This document shows, piece after piece, positions 48,481 through 61,348 of a stretch of 64,000 bases of DNA. A model generated the notes under the pieces. That model was not told where the DNA came from, searched no databases, and saw nothing but the letters and a program-made list of their open reading frames with translations. The first letter of the stretch is position 1, and the number at the start of each line of letters is the position of its first letter. The DNA lies in the NCBI GenBank assembly GCA_963662615.2, contig CAXXSR010000001.1:384001-448000 (forward strand). Reading direction: 5' to 3'. The translations under genes and the position numbers were made by a program. Origin of the DNA: Dehalococcoidia bacterium (GTDB taxonomy: Bacteria > Chloroflexota > Dehalococcoidia > Bin125).

Positions 48481-48729
48481 GGCACGTTCCTTCACCGAAT
48501 TCCCCCGCCCAATGACGTTGTGCGTGTGCGCGGTGGGGCGGGCGACAAGCCGGCAAGTCGCCGACCGCGCGCTAATTTGTCGCCAAATAATTTAGAATCG
48601 AACTACTCTCCTGTGGCACATCATCGGTCGGCGTGGTCATGTCAACATCGGGGGATTCCCTGATCTTCCAGAGGGCCCGGATGGGGCGGGCCTCTCGCTT
48701 CCTGGAGCGGGCCGCGGCGGCCCGGCGCG

Positions 48730-48920
48730 CGGCTTTTTCGACGCGCGCTCGCGGGTCGTCCGGGTTCGCGCGGCGTTGGTGGCGGCTCGCGCCGGCAGTT
48801 GATGAGCGGGGCGTGGTCGTCTCGTTCGCCCTTCGACAGGCTCAGGGCGAACGGCTCTTTTGACGCGCGCTCGCGGGTCATCCGGGTTCGCGCGGCGTTG
48901 GTGGCGGCTCGCGCCGAGAC
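48730..48920 (+). repeat. Mosaic REP-like cluster
   Basis: Two T-tract units flanking GTTCGCCCTTCGACAGGCTCAGGGCGAAC. Confidence 0.88.
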
Positions 48921-48940
48921 GGCGTCGTCGGGCGGACGGG

Positions 48941-51493
<2,553 letters not shown>

Positions 51494-51682
51494 CGTTGCT
51501 CCATCTTGGCCCACGCAGCGGGCGGTGGCCTTGGTTATCAGCATCCCGCCGCGGCGGCGCGAAGGTCAATGATCGCGGTTGCCTCGCCGACCGGTTGCGG
51601 GCGCGCGTGCACTCGTGCGGCAGTGCCCACTACGGTGTAGGCAGCGCCGACGTTGGAGCGGCCGGTAGAGGAGGTATAGGGG

Positions 51683-52211
51683 ATGGCGGAGAGCGAGGAT
51701 CCGGGGCCGCTGGTCGGCGTGCTGATGGGCTCGCAGTCGGACTGGGAGACGATGCGGGCGACGGCGGAGACGCTGGAGGAGTTGGGCGTCGCCTGCGAGA
51801 CGCGCGTCCTCTCGGCCCATCGCACGCCGGACGAGACGCTGGCCTACGCGGCGGGGGCGGCGGATCGGGGCTGGAGGTGCTGATCGCCGGGGCGGGCGGG
51901 GCGGCAGCGCTGCCGGGGGTGGTGGCGGCCAAGACGCTGCTGCCGGTGATCGGCGTGCCCATGACCGGGTGGGCGCTGCAGGGCCTGGACGCGCTGCTTT
52001 CCATGGTGCAGATGCCGGGCGGTGTGCCTGTGGCAACCGTGTCGATCGGGCGGGCGGGCGCCGTCAATGCGGCCCTGCTGGCGGCGCGGATCCTGGCCAT
52101 CAGCCACCCTGAGATCGGGGAGCGGCTGGACGCGTACCGGCGGCAGCGGGCGGAGTCGGCGCTGAAGGCGCCGGACCCGCGCGCGGGGGAGGGGCCGGGG
52201 CGCCGGTCCTG
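51683..52211 (+). CDS. purE: N5-CAIR mutase PurE, apparent frameshift at G4 run 51867-51870
   Basis: V.MGS.SDW, SAHRTP in one frame; IAGAG.AA.LPG, PVIGVP, G.DALLS.VQMP.G.PVAT in the next. Confidence 0.92.
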
Positions 52212-52234
52212 ATCCTGCGCCCCACTAGAAGCGC

Positions 52235-52915
52235 AAGCGTTCGCCCCTTCGACTTTTTCGCCCGCGCTCGCGACTGGTCTGGGCCAGCGCGGTATTCGTG
52301 GCCGCTCACGCCGGCGGTTGATGAGCGATTTTTTTGACGCGCGCTCGCAGCTCATCCGGGCTCGCGCGGCGTTGCTGGCGGATCGCGCCGGCGGTTGATG
52401 AGCGGGGCGGTGTCGGGAGCGTTCGCCCTTCGACAGGCTCAGGACGAACGGACGCGGACGGCCGCGCGCGACGGGCTCAGGCGAGAGCGGTATGAGCACC
52501 TCCCCCCCGGCCCTCTCTCCATCGGTCAGCGATGGCGAGGGGGAGAAGAGCAGCTCATCCGGGCTCGCGCGGCGTTGCTGGCTCGCGCCGGCGGTTGATG
52601 AGCGGGGCGGTGTCGGGAGCGTTCGCCCTTCGAGGCTCAGGACGAACGGACGCGGACGGCCGCGCGCGACGGGCTCAGGCGAGAGCGGTATGAGCACCTC
52701 CCCCCCGGCCCCCTCTCCATCGGTCAGCGATGGCGAGGGGGAGAAGAGCACTGTTCGCCGTTCGCCCTTCGACTTTTTCGCCCGCGCTCGCGACTGGTCT
52801 GGGCCAGCGCGGTATTCGTGGCCGCTCGCGCCGGCGGTTGATGAGCGGGGCGGTGGTGGTCTCGGTCGCCCCTTCGTCCTTCCCGCGGGGAATGATCAGG
52901 ACAGGCTCTTCGGCG
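52235..52915 (+). repeat. Large mosaic REP-like cluster between convergent genes
   Basis: All repeat types present, including a ~190-bp internal duplication (about 52360-52550 and 52550-52750). Confidence 0.9.
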
Positions 52916-52938
52916 GGCTAAGGCGAGAGCGCCGGCGG

Positions 52939-53679
52939 TTAGCTGCCGCAGCGGTAGTGGAGGTAGACCTCGTCGGTGGCGGGGTTGGGCGTGGCCGCGA
53001 CAAGCGTGAGGCGGAGCGGGTCGGCCAGGGTGGAGAGGCGAGGGCCCTCGACCGGCGTCAGCCCGGCCTCGCCGCCGACGATGACGGGCCCCACGGTGAG
53101 GAAGAGTTCGTCCACGGCGCGGCGGCGGAACAGTTCGCCGTTCAGCGAGGGGCCTCCTTCCACCAACAGAAGCTGCGCGCCCAGTTCTTGGCGCATGTGG
53201 CGCAGCATGGCCGCCACTTCTTCGCCGGCGGGGACCGTTTGCACGGTGCGGCCCGTCGCGGCGATGGCCTGGCGGCGCTCGACCGGTGCGGTGTCGCTCA
53301 GGTAGACGATGGCGTCGAAGTCGGGGGCGCGGAAGAAGGCACGGTCCAGGGGCAGGTCGCCGGAGCGGCTCAGCACCGCCCCGAGTGGCGCCTTGGCCTT
53401 CCCGCGCGTGAGGCGAAGGGCCTCGAGGTCGTCGGCCTGGAGGCGGGGGGAGGCGCCGCTGGCGCGCAGCGTGCCGGCGCCGTTGAGGACGACGTCGGCG
53501 TGGAGGCGGAGTTCGCGCATGAGGCGCTGGTCGGTGGGTGAGCCCAAGCCCCGCTCGGTTCCCTCCAGCGCGACCTTGCCGTCGGCGGAGACGACCATGT
53601 TGATCAGGACATAGGGCCGGTCGGCGGGGGGCGGTGGGAAGGTGAGGCCGGCGTAGTCCGGTTTGCTCTGCGGGCCCAC
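52939..53679 (-). CDS. RibD C-terminal/pyrimidine-reductase-like (DHFR-fold) protein
   Basis: RPYV..NMV.S.DG, R..AD.VL.GAGT.R, LLVEGGP.L, VDE.FLT..P; GGAGAG then GTG. Confidence 0.9.
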   Translation of the reverse strand: MGPQSKPDYAGLTFPPPPADRPYVLINMVVSADGKVALEGTERGLGSPTDQRLMRELRLHADVVLNGAGTLRASGASPRLQADDLEALRLTRGKAKAPLGAVLSRSGDLPLDRAFFRAPDFDAIVYLSDTAPVERRQAIAATGRTVQTVPAGEEVAAMLRHMRQELGAQLLLVEGGPSLNGELFRRRAVDELFLTVGPVIVGGEAGLTPVEGPRLSTLADPLRLTLVAATPNPATDEVYLHYRCGS

Positions 53680-53769
53680 GACGCACTCTCCAGTGGCGGC
53701 GCGGCAGGGGCGCCGTGGGCAGGGTAGCGGTGGAGCCGACGGCATGTTGGGGAGTTGGCGATTAGCTGG

Positions 53770-54298
53770 ACGTCGCTCGCCCTTCGACAGGCTCAGGACG
53801 AGCGGAAGGGACCTCACCCCGCGGCCCCCTCTCCATCGGTACGCGATGGAGAGGGGGGGTGTGGTCGTTCTTCGACCCCTTCGGCAAGCTCGGGACGAGT
53901 GGGGTCAGGATGACCCTTCGACAGGCTCAGGGTGAGCGGTTTTTTTGACGCGCGCTCGCGGGTCCTCCGGGCTCGCGCGGCGTGGGTGGCGGCTCGCGCC
54001 GGGGGTTGATGAGCGGGACGGTTTTTTTGACGCGCGCTCGCGGGTCATCCGGGCTCGCGCCGTGGGTGGCGGCTCGCGGGGGTTGATGAGCGGGCGGTTT
54101 TTTTTCGCGGGTCAGCGGCTAGCGCTCGCCGGCGGTTGATGTTCTGGACGATGTCGGGAGCGTTCGCCCTTCGCCCCTTCGGCAGGCTCAGGGCAGGCAG
54201 GCTCAGGGTGAGCGGGTTTTTTGACGCGCGCTCGCGGGTCATCCGGGCTCGCGCGGCGTTGGTAGCGGCTCGCCCCGGCGGTTGATGAGCGGGGCGGT
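53770..54298 (+). repeat. Mosaic REP-like cluster
   Basis: Several CCTTCG(A/G)CA(A/G)GCTC(A/G)GG hairpins, a CCCCTCTCC hairpin and three or more T-tract units. Confidence 0.9.
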
Positions 54299-54299
54299 G

Positions 54300-55409
54300 T
54301 TATCCGTCCAGGACGCGGAGCAAGGCGCTCTTCAGCTCGTCGCGGGTGACGAAGGCTTCGAAGCGGGAGGCGACGCGCCCCTCTTGGTCAATGACGAAGG
54401 TCCACTCGTCGGTCTCAAGGCCCCACTCGGCCAGGTGCGGCGAGCGGATGCCGCGGCTGAGGTCGTTGCCGACCTCGTGGGGGTTGTCGTAGAGATCGAT
54501 GTGGATGAACTCGACGCGGCCCAAGTACTCCGCCGCCAGCTCGCTCACGACCTCCACCTGCGGGCCGCAAAGGGCGTTGGTGCAGAAGGCGGGGCTGGCG
54601 AAGACCACGATCGCGGGGACGCCCCGATCGATCGCCTCGGCGATGCTGCTGAGGTAGAGGGCCGGGTCCGGTTTGCTGCCGGTGGTCAGCTCAGCCAGCG
54701 AGCCGACGTCGCGGATGGTGCGGTTGCGGCTACGAGGGGCCGGCTCGCCCACCGCCGGCGACTGGGTTCGCTCGGCCACGGGGAAAGCGAAGGCCGTCAC
54801 GGCGACGGAGCCGTCGGGACGGGGGATGCTCACCTCCAGCTCCCAGTCGCCGGGCCGGTCGAAGCTGAGATCCAGGCTGTACATGCCGCGCACGCCGAGG
54901 GGAAATTCGAAGAAGCTGGCCAGCCCGGTTTCCAGCGGGCCCTGGCGCGGCCCCTGGGTCCCGTTGGGGTAGAAGAACAACTCCACCCGAACTATCGGTA
55001 GGCGGACGAGGCCGACGGCGTCGCTGAGGACGAAGCCGACGCGGTGCCGCCCCGTGCCCAGGTCGGGCGTGCCCAGGATGGTGCGGATGCCGGTGGCCTC
55101 GTCGTCATAGACGGGAAAGCCGGCGAGGGCGTCGTCGGCGATGCGAAGGGCGGGTTCGGGCTCGCTTTGCGGCGCCGGTGCGGCGGTGGGCTCTGGCACG
55201 GCGTCGGGCTCCGGCGCGGCGGTGGGCTCTGGCACGGCGTCGGGCTCCGGCGCGGCTGTGGGCTGCGGGGCGGCTGTGGGCTGCTGGGCAGCGGTGGGCT
55301 GCTGGGCGGCGGTTGGCGACGTCGTGGAATCGTTACCGCCGCCGCCGCAGCCGGCGACGAGCAACGGCAAGACGAGAAGGAGCAGAACGGCGCAACGGCG
55401 CAGCGACAT
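54300..55409 (-). CDS. Lipoprotein with C-terminal thioredoxin-like domain
   Basis: VAGC lipobox, PTAA repeats, FASPAFCTNALCGP, W.L.T.EW.FVID..G....FE. Confidence 0.8.
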   Translation of the reverse strand: MSLRRCAVLLLLVLPLLVAGCGGGGNDSTTSPTAAQQPTAAQQPTAAPQPTAAPEPDAVPEPTAAPEPDAVPEPTAAPAPQSEPEPALRIADDALAGFPVYDDEATGIRTILGTPDLGTGRHRVGFVLSDAVGLVRLPIVRVELFFYPNGTQGPRQGPLETGLASFFEFPLGVRGMYSLDLSFDRPGDWELEVSIPRPDGSVAVTAFAFPVAERTQSPAVGEPAPRSRNRTIRDVGSLAELTTGSKPDPALYLSSIAEAIDRGVPAIVVFASPAFCTNALCGPQVEVVSELAAEYLGRVEFIHIDLYDNPHEVGNDLSRGIRSPHLAEWGLETDEWTFVIDQEGRVASRFEAFVTRDELKSALLRVLDG

Positions 55410-55776
55410 GCTTCAAGGTCCTCCCCGCGCGGCGCGGATGGTCACATGGAGAGTACGGACGGAGAGCCGGAGCGAGATCTCAGGGGGGAAGCCAGCGATG
55501 GTTGGCGCGATGACCGGCGAAGGGCGCGCGGCATCAATTGGAGGAGTGCTGCCCCGCTGCATGGGAGGATCGTACCAGGGGGGCTGCCGCCAGGTGTTAC
55601 GAAACCGTTACCGGCGGCCGCGGGCGCATGGACTGTGAACCACCCGTGAGGACAGTGCAGCGGCAGGACCGGGCCAGAGAGTTGCGGGTCAGCTTGCCAA
55701 GAGTCGAAGGTGGGGTTCAGCATGGAGGCCGCTTTCCCAAGGATTACGGCGCATGATCGATTAGAGGGAGCAAGGG

Positions 55777-56244
55777 ATGTCATTGGCTGGTAGAGCCATC
55801 ACGCGTGGGCCAGGCGAAGGCTGGGCTCGGTGGGTACCTGGGCATCAGGTCACCTGCAAGGCGCAGGGAGAAGAGACAGGCGGCGCATACTCGCTGCTGG
55901 AGGTTCTTATTACAGGGAAAGGACCTCCACAACACATCCACAAAGTTGAAGACGAAGCCTTCTATGTGCTCGAAGGGGAGGTCAACGCTCAGAGAGGGGA
56001 AGAGACAATACAGGCGTCTCCTGGAGCCTTCATTCTGATTCCAAGAGGAGTCACCCACACAGTATGGAACACTGGATCGACCCCAGCGAAGATTCTGGTC
56101 ATTCTCTCCCCGCCGGGACGCGAGGCCTACTTCCTTGAGACCGGGGAAGAAGACAAAGAGCCGGACGCCACCGCTTACATTGAGAAGGCCATGGCGGTTG
56201 CTGAGAAATACAACCTCGAAATCGTGGGTCCTCCACTGGGATGA
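55777..56244 (+). CDS. Cupin domain protein
   Basis: GPP.H.H..EDE.FYVLEG, PRG..H...N; visibly more A/T-rich than neighbours. Confidence 0.9.
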   Translation: MSLAGRAITRGPGEGWARWVPGHQVTCKAQGEETGGAYSLLEVLITGKGPPQHIHKVEDEAFYVLEGEVNAQRGEETIQASPGAFILIPRGVTHTVWNTGSTPAKILVILSPPGREAYFLETGEEDKEPDATAYIEKAMAVAEKYNLEIVGPPLG

Positions 56245-56383
56245 CCGAAGAGAACTCCCTCTGCCCTGGACTCTTCCCTACCGGGCACGTGTCGCGCGGG
56301 GAGAGTCAGGAAATCCTTAGCGGCGGCCGCAGCCGTGCGGGCATCCCGCCGCCAGGGCGCGACGAGGGAGATGTCGCTCCGCC

Positions 56384-57307
56384 TTAGGCGGGCTGCGCGT
56401 GCTGCCAGATCTGCTCGAGCCGCGTCAGGAAGGCGTCCTCGGTATCGACGCCGGGTGCGAAGCCCACGTCGATGACGAGCTCGGTCGCTCCCATCTCCCG
56501 CGTCGCAGCGATGTCGGCCGCAATCTGCTCGAGCGTGCCCGTGTAGTCGGCGCGCTCGCCGCTCGGGGGCGCATCGGAGAACTCGACGTTGGCGCGGGCA
56601 ACGATTTCCAGCGAAGCGGGATCGCGACCGGCCGCCTCCGCCATCCCCTTGATCTGGTCGAACATTTGCGGAACCGCGGCGAGCGGGATCCCGACGGGAA
56701 ACCAGCCGTCGGCGTGCTGCGCCACCCGCTGCATGGCGGAGGGCACATAGGCGGCCATGTAGATCGGCGGGTGGGGCCGCTGGACCGGCTTGGGACCGAT
56801 GTAGGAGCGGGGGAGGTGGTAGTACTCGCCATCAAACTCCACGGGGTCGGTGGTCCAGATCGCTTTGAGGACTTGGAGCGCTTCGTCGGCGCGCTTGCCC
56901 CGGCCTTGCCAGGGGACGCCCGCGGCCTCGTACTCGTCGGGCGACCAGCCCACCCCGAGTCCGACCCGCAGCCGCCCGCCCGAGAGGACGTCGAGCGTGG
57001 TGAGCCGGCGCGCGAGGAGCACGGGGTTGTACCAGGGGAGGTTGAGGATGCTGGTGCCGAGACCGACGCGGGTGGTGTGGGCGGCGACGTACGTTAGCGT
57101 CTCCAGGGGATCCAGGACCGTCTTGTACAGGGTCGGCAGGATGCCGTCCCCGACGGGGTAGGGCGCTTGGGGATCGGTGGGGTAGAGCAAGCGGTCGAGT
57201 ACCCAGAGATTGTCGTAGCCCAGCTCTTCGGCGCGCTTGGCGACGGCGACGAGCGCGTCGGGGCCGGCGGCCGGTCCGATCTGCGGGAGGGCGAATCCGA
57301 GACGCAT
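56384..57307 (-). CDS. LLM-class (probably F420-dependent) oxidoreductase
   Basis: AEELGYD.LW..D, DP...L...AA.T....LGT, LD.LS.GR...G.G.GW...E, PKP.Q.P.PPI. Confidence 0.92.
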   Translation of the reverse strand: MRLGFALPQIGPAAGPDALVAVAKRAEELGYDNLWVLDRLLYPTDPQAPYPVGDGILPTLYKTVLDPLETLTYVAAHTTRVGLGTSILNLPWYNPVLLARRLTTLDVLSGGRLRVGLGVGWSPDEYEAAGVPWQGRGKRADEALQVLKAIWTTDPVEFDGEYYHLPRSYIGPKPVQRPHPPIYMAAYVPSAMQRVAQHADGWFPVGIPLAAVPQMFDQIKGMAEAAGRDPASLEIVARANVEFSDAPPSGERADYTGTLEQIAADIAATREMGATELVIDVGFAPGVDTEDAFLTRLEQIWQHAQPA

Positions 57308-57584
57308 GGGGACCTCCAATCGAAGGGAGCGCGGACGGTGCGGGCGCGGCCTCAGGACCGCGCGCCCGAGTGTACTACCCAGCGGCCGGAATGGTAGCGG
57401 TGGTCCCGACACGCTCCTCACATATCGCCAGACGCCGTGGCGATGCGCGGGTCGCGGCGCGACTGGCCTTCGGCAGGGCGCGGTTCCTACCATGGGGCCG
57501 TCGCGACGCCGCCTGGGCCCGCTTGGGGCCGGGGAGCGGTTGGCCGGCGGCTGCGGGGTCAGCCTGGGCAAGCGAGGAGGCAGG

Positions 57585-57794
57585 ATGAAACTCAGCGCAC
57601 GCAATCAGTTCCGCGGGACGGTGACGGCGCTCAAGCTGGGCACCGTCATGGCCGAGGTCACGGTTGACATCGGCGGCGGCCACGAGATCGTCGCGGCGAT
57701 CACGCGGACGTCGGCCGAGCGCTTGGGCCTGGGCGAGGGCGCCGAGGTCGTGGCGGCGATCAAGGCGACGGAGGTCGTGCTGGCGACGGAGTAG
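57585..57794 (+). CDS. TOBE/Mop molybdate-binding protein
   Basis: GGAGG; MKLSARNQ..G.V...G.VMAEV...IT..S...LGL..G..V.A.IKAT.V. Confidence 0.95.
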   Translation: MKLSARNQFRGTVTALKLGTVMAEVTVDIGGGHEIVAAITRTSAERLGLGEGAEVVAAIKATEVVLATE

Positions 57795-57948
57795 GAGGGC
57801 GGGGGCGTCCGGCTCCTTCGCGGACGGCATTCCGCGGGCCGCGATGGGTCGCGGCGTCTCGTTCGCGCCGCTCTTGGGTCCCGAGTGCGGCTTCGCTGGG
57901 GCGATGCGGCAATGTCGCTACCCTTGCAGCGGATCAAAGGGGCAATTG

Positions 57949-58434
57949 ATGGGGGAAGCTCGGCAGTCAGAGCAGTGCAGTCGGTGCGGCTCCGAACGAG
58001 GCGTGGGTCGCTTCTGCGCGGCCTGCGGGGTTCTCAACGCCGACCCTGACTCCGGCGCCTACATTGCGAGTCGATTGCTTCGACTAGGCGGGCTCCTGCT
58101 GGAGGTCCTCCTCGTCGTCGTCACGCTTGGCGTGGGGTGGTTGATCTGGCTGTTCTTCACCGCCCAGGCGTCCCAGACGCCCGCGAAACGCATGTTGCAC
58201 ATGTACATCCTTGACGCCGCGGGCGGGGCCGTGCCCGCGTGGCGAATCTGGTTTCGCGAGGTCGTGGTCAAGGGACTCCCGATTCTCTTGATCGGCTACT
58301 TCGTCGTCGCCGCGAGCGTTGGCGTATTCCTCGTGAACCGAGATCGGCGAGCGTTGCACGACCTGATCGCCGGGACGATCGTTGTGCACGTGCGGGAAGA
58401 CAGCGCCGGCCCCGGCGGAGGGCGATCGAGCTAG
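57949..58434 (+). CDS. RDD-family membrane protein with N-terminal zinc ribbon
   Basis: CSRCG...FCAACG; QTPAK; R...K; HDLIAGTIVV. Confidence 0.88.
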   Translation: MGEARQSEQCSRCGSERGVGRFCAACGVLNADPDSGAYIASRLLRLGGLLLEVLLVVVTLGVGWLIWLFFTAQASQTPAKRMLHMYILDAAGGAVPAWRIWFREVVVKGLPILLIGYFVVAASVGVFLVNRDRRALHDLIAGTIVVHVREDSAGPGGGRSS

Positions 58435-58850
58435 CCGCCGTGCAATTGGCGCAGCCCGTCCAACCCGGCTGCGTAGACGCCCTCCAGGATCGCGACCACT
58501 TCGGCCTCCGGCGCGCCTTGGACGTCGAAGTTGGAGGACCAGTTGAACTCGCAGCGTCCCGCGCCGAGGTCCCGCACCGCCATGGTGGAGACGTAGCCCG
58601 TGATCGGCAGCGGCGACTCAATGATGGCGTAGGTGAGAGTCCGCGCCTCTTCGTCCAGGCTCTCTAAGCTCTCGAGGATCGTTCCGCCATCCTGCAAGGT
58701 GAGCGTGCGTCGGGCGCCGACGCCGTCACCCTCCATGGCGCTGGCGCTGAAGGCCGGCACGAACTTCGGGAGTCCGTTGAAGTCGCCGACCGTCCCCCAG
58801 ACCTCGTTCGCCGACGCGTTGAGCGTGGTGCTCTTCGATATCTGCGTCAT
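58431..58850 (-). CDS. SRPBCC (polyketide cyclase-like) protein
   Basis: VW..VGDF.GL, G.GVGA.R.L, E.L...D...R..TY.I..SPLP...Y. Confidence 0.9.
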   Translation of the reverse strand: MTQISKSTTLNASANEVWGTVGDFNGLPKFVPAFSASAMEGDGVGARRTLTLQDGGTILESLESLDEEARTLTYAIIESPLPITGYVSTMAVRDLGAGRCEFNWSSNFDVQGAPEAEVVAILEGVYAAGLDGLRQLHGG

Positions 58851-59003
58851 GCTGCCCTCCCTGAATTGCCCGCGCAGTCTCCCCGTCCCCAGCGGAGCGC
58901 CGCCGGGCGAGCCGCAGTTTAGCGCTCTTGCGTGCGGCTTGCACGTCCGGCTTGCAAGATCGGCGGCGGGCGCGGGGGCAGGGACGCTCCGCCGCTTTCC
59001 CGC

Positions 59004-60461
59004 TTAGGACGCCGCCGCGGCCAGCGGCGGAAAGCTGCTCGCGCGGTCGGATTCGAAGGCGGCGTAGAAGTCGTCAGGCGCGACGCCGAAGGCGAGGGCG
59101 AACGCCTGCTCCCATCGCAGGCCGGTCCCCAGCAGGCGCCAGAACTCCAGCAGCGGCGCGAGGTCGGGACCGCCGGTCAACCGTTCAGCGGCGAGGTAGC
59201 CCAGAGCGTAGCCGCTGCGGAAGCCGACGCGATTGAGACCCGCTTCGGTTTCGAGCGAGCTGAGGGAAGCGGCAGTCCCGCGCGCCTTCTCCTCGTTCTG
59301 GACGCCCGCTGCGGCGAGGTCGGTGCGCCCCGCCGCCGCCGCCACGACCGTCTCCACGTAGCGCGCCGCGCCCTCGAAGAGCCAGAGGGGGCCGCGACCG
59401 CCGAAGCCGGACGCCTGCAACTGGAGAACGTGGAAATACTCATGAATGATGGCGCTGCGCCGCGCCTCGTCGCTGCCGAGGCGCCAGCCGTCGCTGCCGG
59501 TGTTGATCCAGATGCTGGTGCGATTGCCGAAGCCGACCGTGAAGCCGGACCAGCGCTGCCGCACCGAGTCGATCGCGGAGGCGGGGAGAGCGAACCAGGT
59601 CAGCCATCTTGCAACCAGTGAGTCGGTGTCGGCGAACGCAAACACGGTGAAGGCCGTCACGTCCAAGGCATGATTCCCGCTGAAGTAGAGGCGTGCTTCG
59701 GTGAGGGCATCGCGGATCAGGCGTTGATCTTGCGCCGTCACGCTCGCCTGGAATTCGAAGGCGGGCGCGCCGGTCAGGGGCACGCAGGGCAGGGTGGAAG
59801 GGACGACGGTTTGGTCGCCGTCGGGCGGCCACGAGGCCGAGCCGCAGGTCCGGATCCAGAGTCCGTCGCCCTGATTGATGGCGGCGAGCGTGTTGAGGAA
59901 GCTGGGGCCGTCGCGGTTGAAGGTCAGGAACCGTTGCGATGCGGAGTCATAGGCGAAGAGCGTGGACCAGGGAGCGGCGAGGCCCACGAGTGCGTCCGCC
60001 ACCGGCGTTGCGTCCGGTGCGAACGAGGCGACGAGATTGAGGCCGATGAAGAGCGGGATGGGGTCTGGGTCCGGGTGGACGGCGCGAGTCCAGAAGAGCG
60101 GCGCCTCGCCGTCGATGAGGACCCAGAGCCCTTGCCCGAGCCGCACCGCGTTCAGGTCGTTGAGGAAGGCGGGCGCTCCGCGGCGCGCGGTTCGGTAGCG
60201 CCGCGTCAGCGGGTCCCAGGCGAAGGCCGCGCGCGCCGGCTCGCCGATCGAGTCGAACAGCTCCGCCACGGGCGCGTCGGCGAGCGTCCAGCCTACGAGG
60301 TTGAAGCCGGGCTGCAGGAGTGTCGTGACGGTGGCGAGCGAGGGCTCCTCGCTGCCGTGGGCGTCGTGCGGGGGAGCCGCGGACAGCGCCCCGAAGAGCG
60401 AGGCGGCAACGACGATGCAGAGGAGGCCGGCGGCCGTGGCTGTGGTCCTCGCCCTGAAAAT
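59004..60461 (-). CDS. Secreted protein with two GFNL modules and a HExxH zinc-metallopeptidase-like domain
   Basis: HEYFH..Q and WLFEG.A.Y; modules ~60115-60325 and ~59855-60060; start either ATT 60461 (strong SD) or ATG 60542. Confidence 0.78.
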   Translation of the reverse strand: MFRARTTATAAGLLCIVVAASLFGALSAAPPHDAHGSEEPSLATVTTLLQPGFNLVGWTLADAPVAELFDSIGEPARAAFAWDPLTRRYRTARRGAPAFLNDLNAVRLGQGLWVLIDGEAPLFWTRAVHPDPDPIPLFIGLNLVASFAPDATPVADALVGLAAPWSTLFAYDSASQRFLTFNRDGPSFLNTLAAINQGDGLWIRTCGSASWPPDGDQTVVPSTLPCVPLTGAPAFEFQASVTAQDQRLIRDALTEARLYFSGNHALDVTAFTVFAFADTDSLVARWLTWFALPASAIDSVRQRWSGFTVGFGNRTSIWINTGSDGWRLGSDEARRSAIIHEYFHVLQLQASGFGGRGPLWLFEGAARYVETVVAAAAGRTDLAAAGVQNEEKARGTAASLSSLETEAGLNRVGFRSGYALGYLAAERLTGGPDLAPLLEFWRLLGTGLRWEQAFALAFGVAPDDFYAAFESDRASSFPPLAAAAS

Positions 60462-60799
60462 GGAGCGCTCCTCCTTCCCAAGGAAGGACCGGCTTTGCCG
60501 GATCGATCGCGCTTTAAGTCGCGCTCTGAATCGCGCTGTCATCGTAGGGCGTGGGCGGCCCGGGGGCTGAGGCTGCTGCCTTGACGTGGCCCGTCGCGCA
60601 AGGGGCGAGGCTTCGTAGTTGGCGGGGATCGGCGGCGGCGAGCGTCCCGAGCGATTTACGATGGTGCCGTCACCCACCTCTCTTCAGTGCATCGAGTGGA
60701 GTGGAGGCTGCCGTGCTTCACGACCAGCCACCGCCTGAATCCAAGAGCGCCCCGTCTTCCGCAGCGGACCAGACGGCGCCGCGTGAGGGCCATCTACAG

Positions 60800-61348
60800 A
60801 TGATGCGCCGGTCGTGGCGCGCGAATGCAGGAGCGCGCATCCATGCCGAGCACACGAAGCTGGAAGATCCGCGGACGAAAGGACACCGGCGAGTCTATGC
60901 CTCGCAAGCGCTCCTTGCCAGCGCCGCGCTGCTGGTCGCACTCGTCGTAAAAGACGTCATGACAAATGCCGCGGTCTTCGCCGCCATCGCCTCCACGGCG
61001 TTCGTGCTGTTCGTCACGCCGTTCAGCGTCGTCGCTACACCGCGGCACGTGATCGGCGGGCATGCCGTCAGCAGCGGGGTGGGGTTGGCGATCGCCGCGA
61101 CTGGGCTGGGCAGCGGGCTGGCGATGATCGTCCTGGGGCTCGCGCAGACGCCGGACGTGGCCGTGATCGGCGCGGCGCTTGTCCGAGCGCAGGCAGAAGC
61201 AGGAGCTCCATTCGATCGATCACGAGGCGGACGGCGCCGGCGACACGGGCTGCTCCGATCCGGTGGGCTCCGGAACCTTTTCCAGGCTCGGGGGCGCGAC
61301 GGTTGCGTCTTCGGCTTCGACTTCGGATTCCACCAAACGGGGTGCTGA
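60800..61348 (+). pseudogene. HPP-family membrane protein, apparently truncated or degenerate
   Basis: AS.AF.LF..P.S..A.PR.VIGGH present; no HPP motif; 3' end runs into the opposite-strand gene. Confidence 0.5.

Noticed and set aside
53680-53817. N-terminal extension of the RibD-like ORF
   Set aside because: It runs through a REP hairpin; a better RBS and GTG lie at 53679.
57310-57584. Moco/Wco riboswitch upstream of the TOBE gene
   Set aside because: No recognisable consensus elements; needs an Infernal search to exclude formally.
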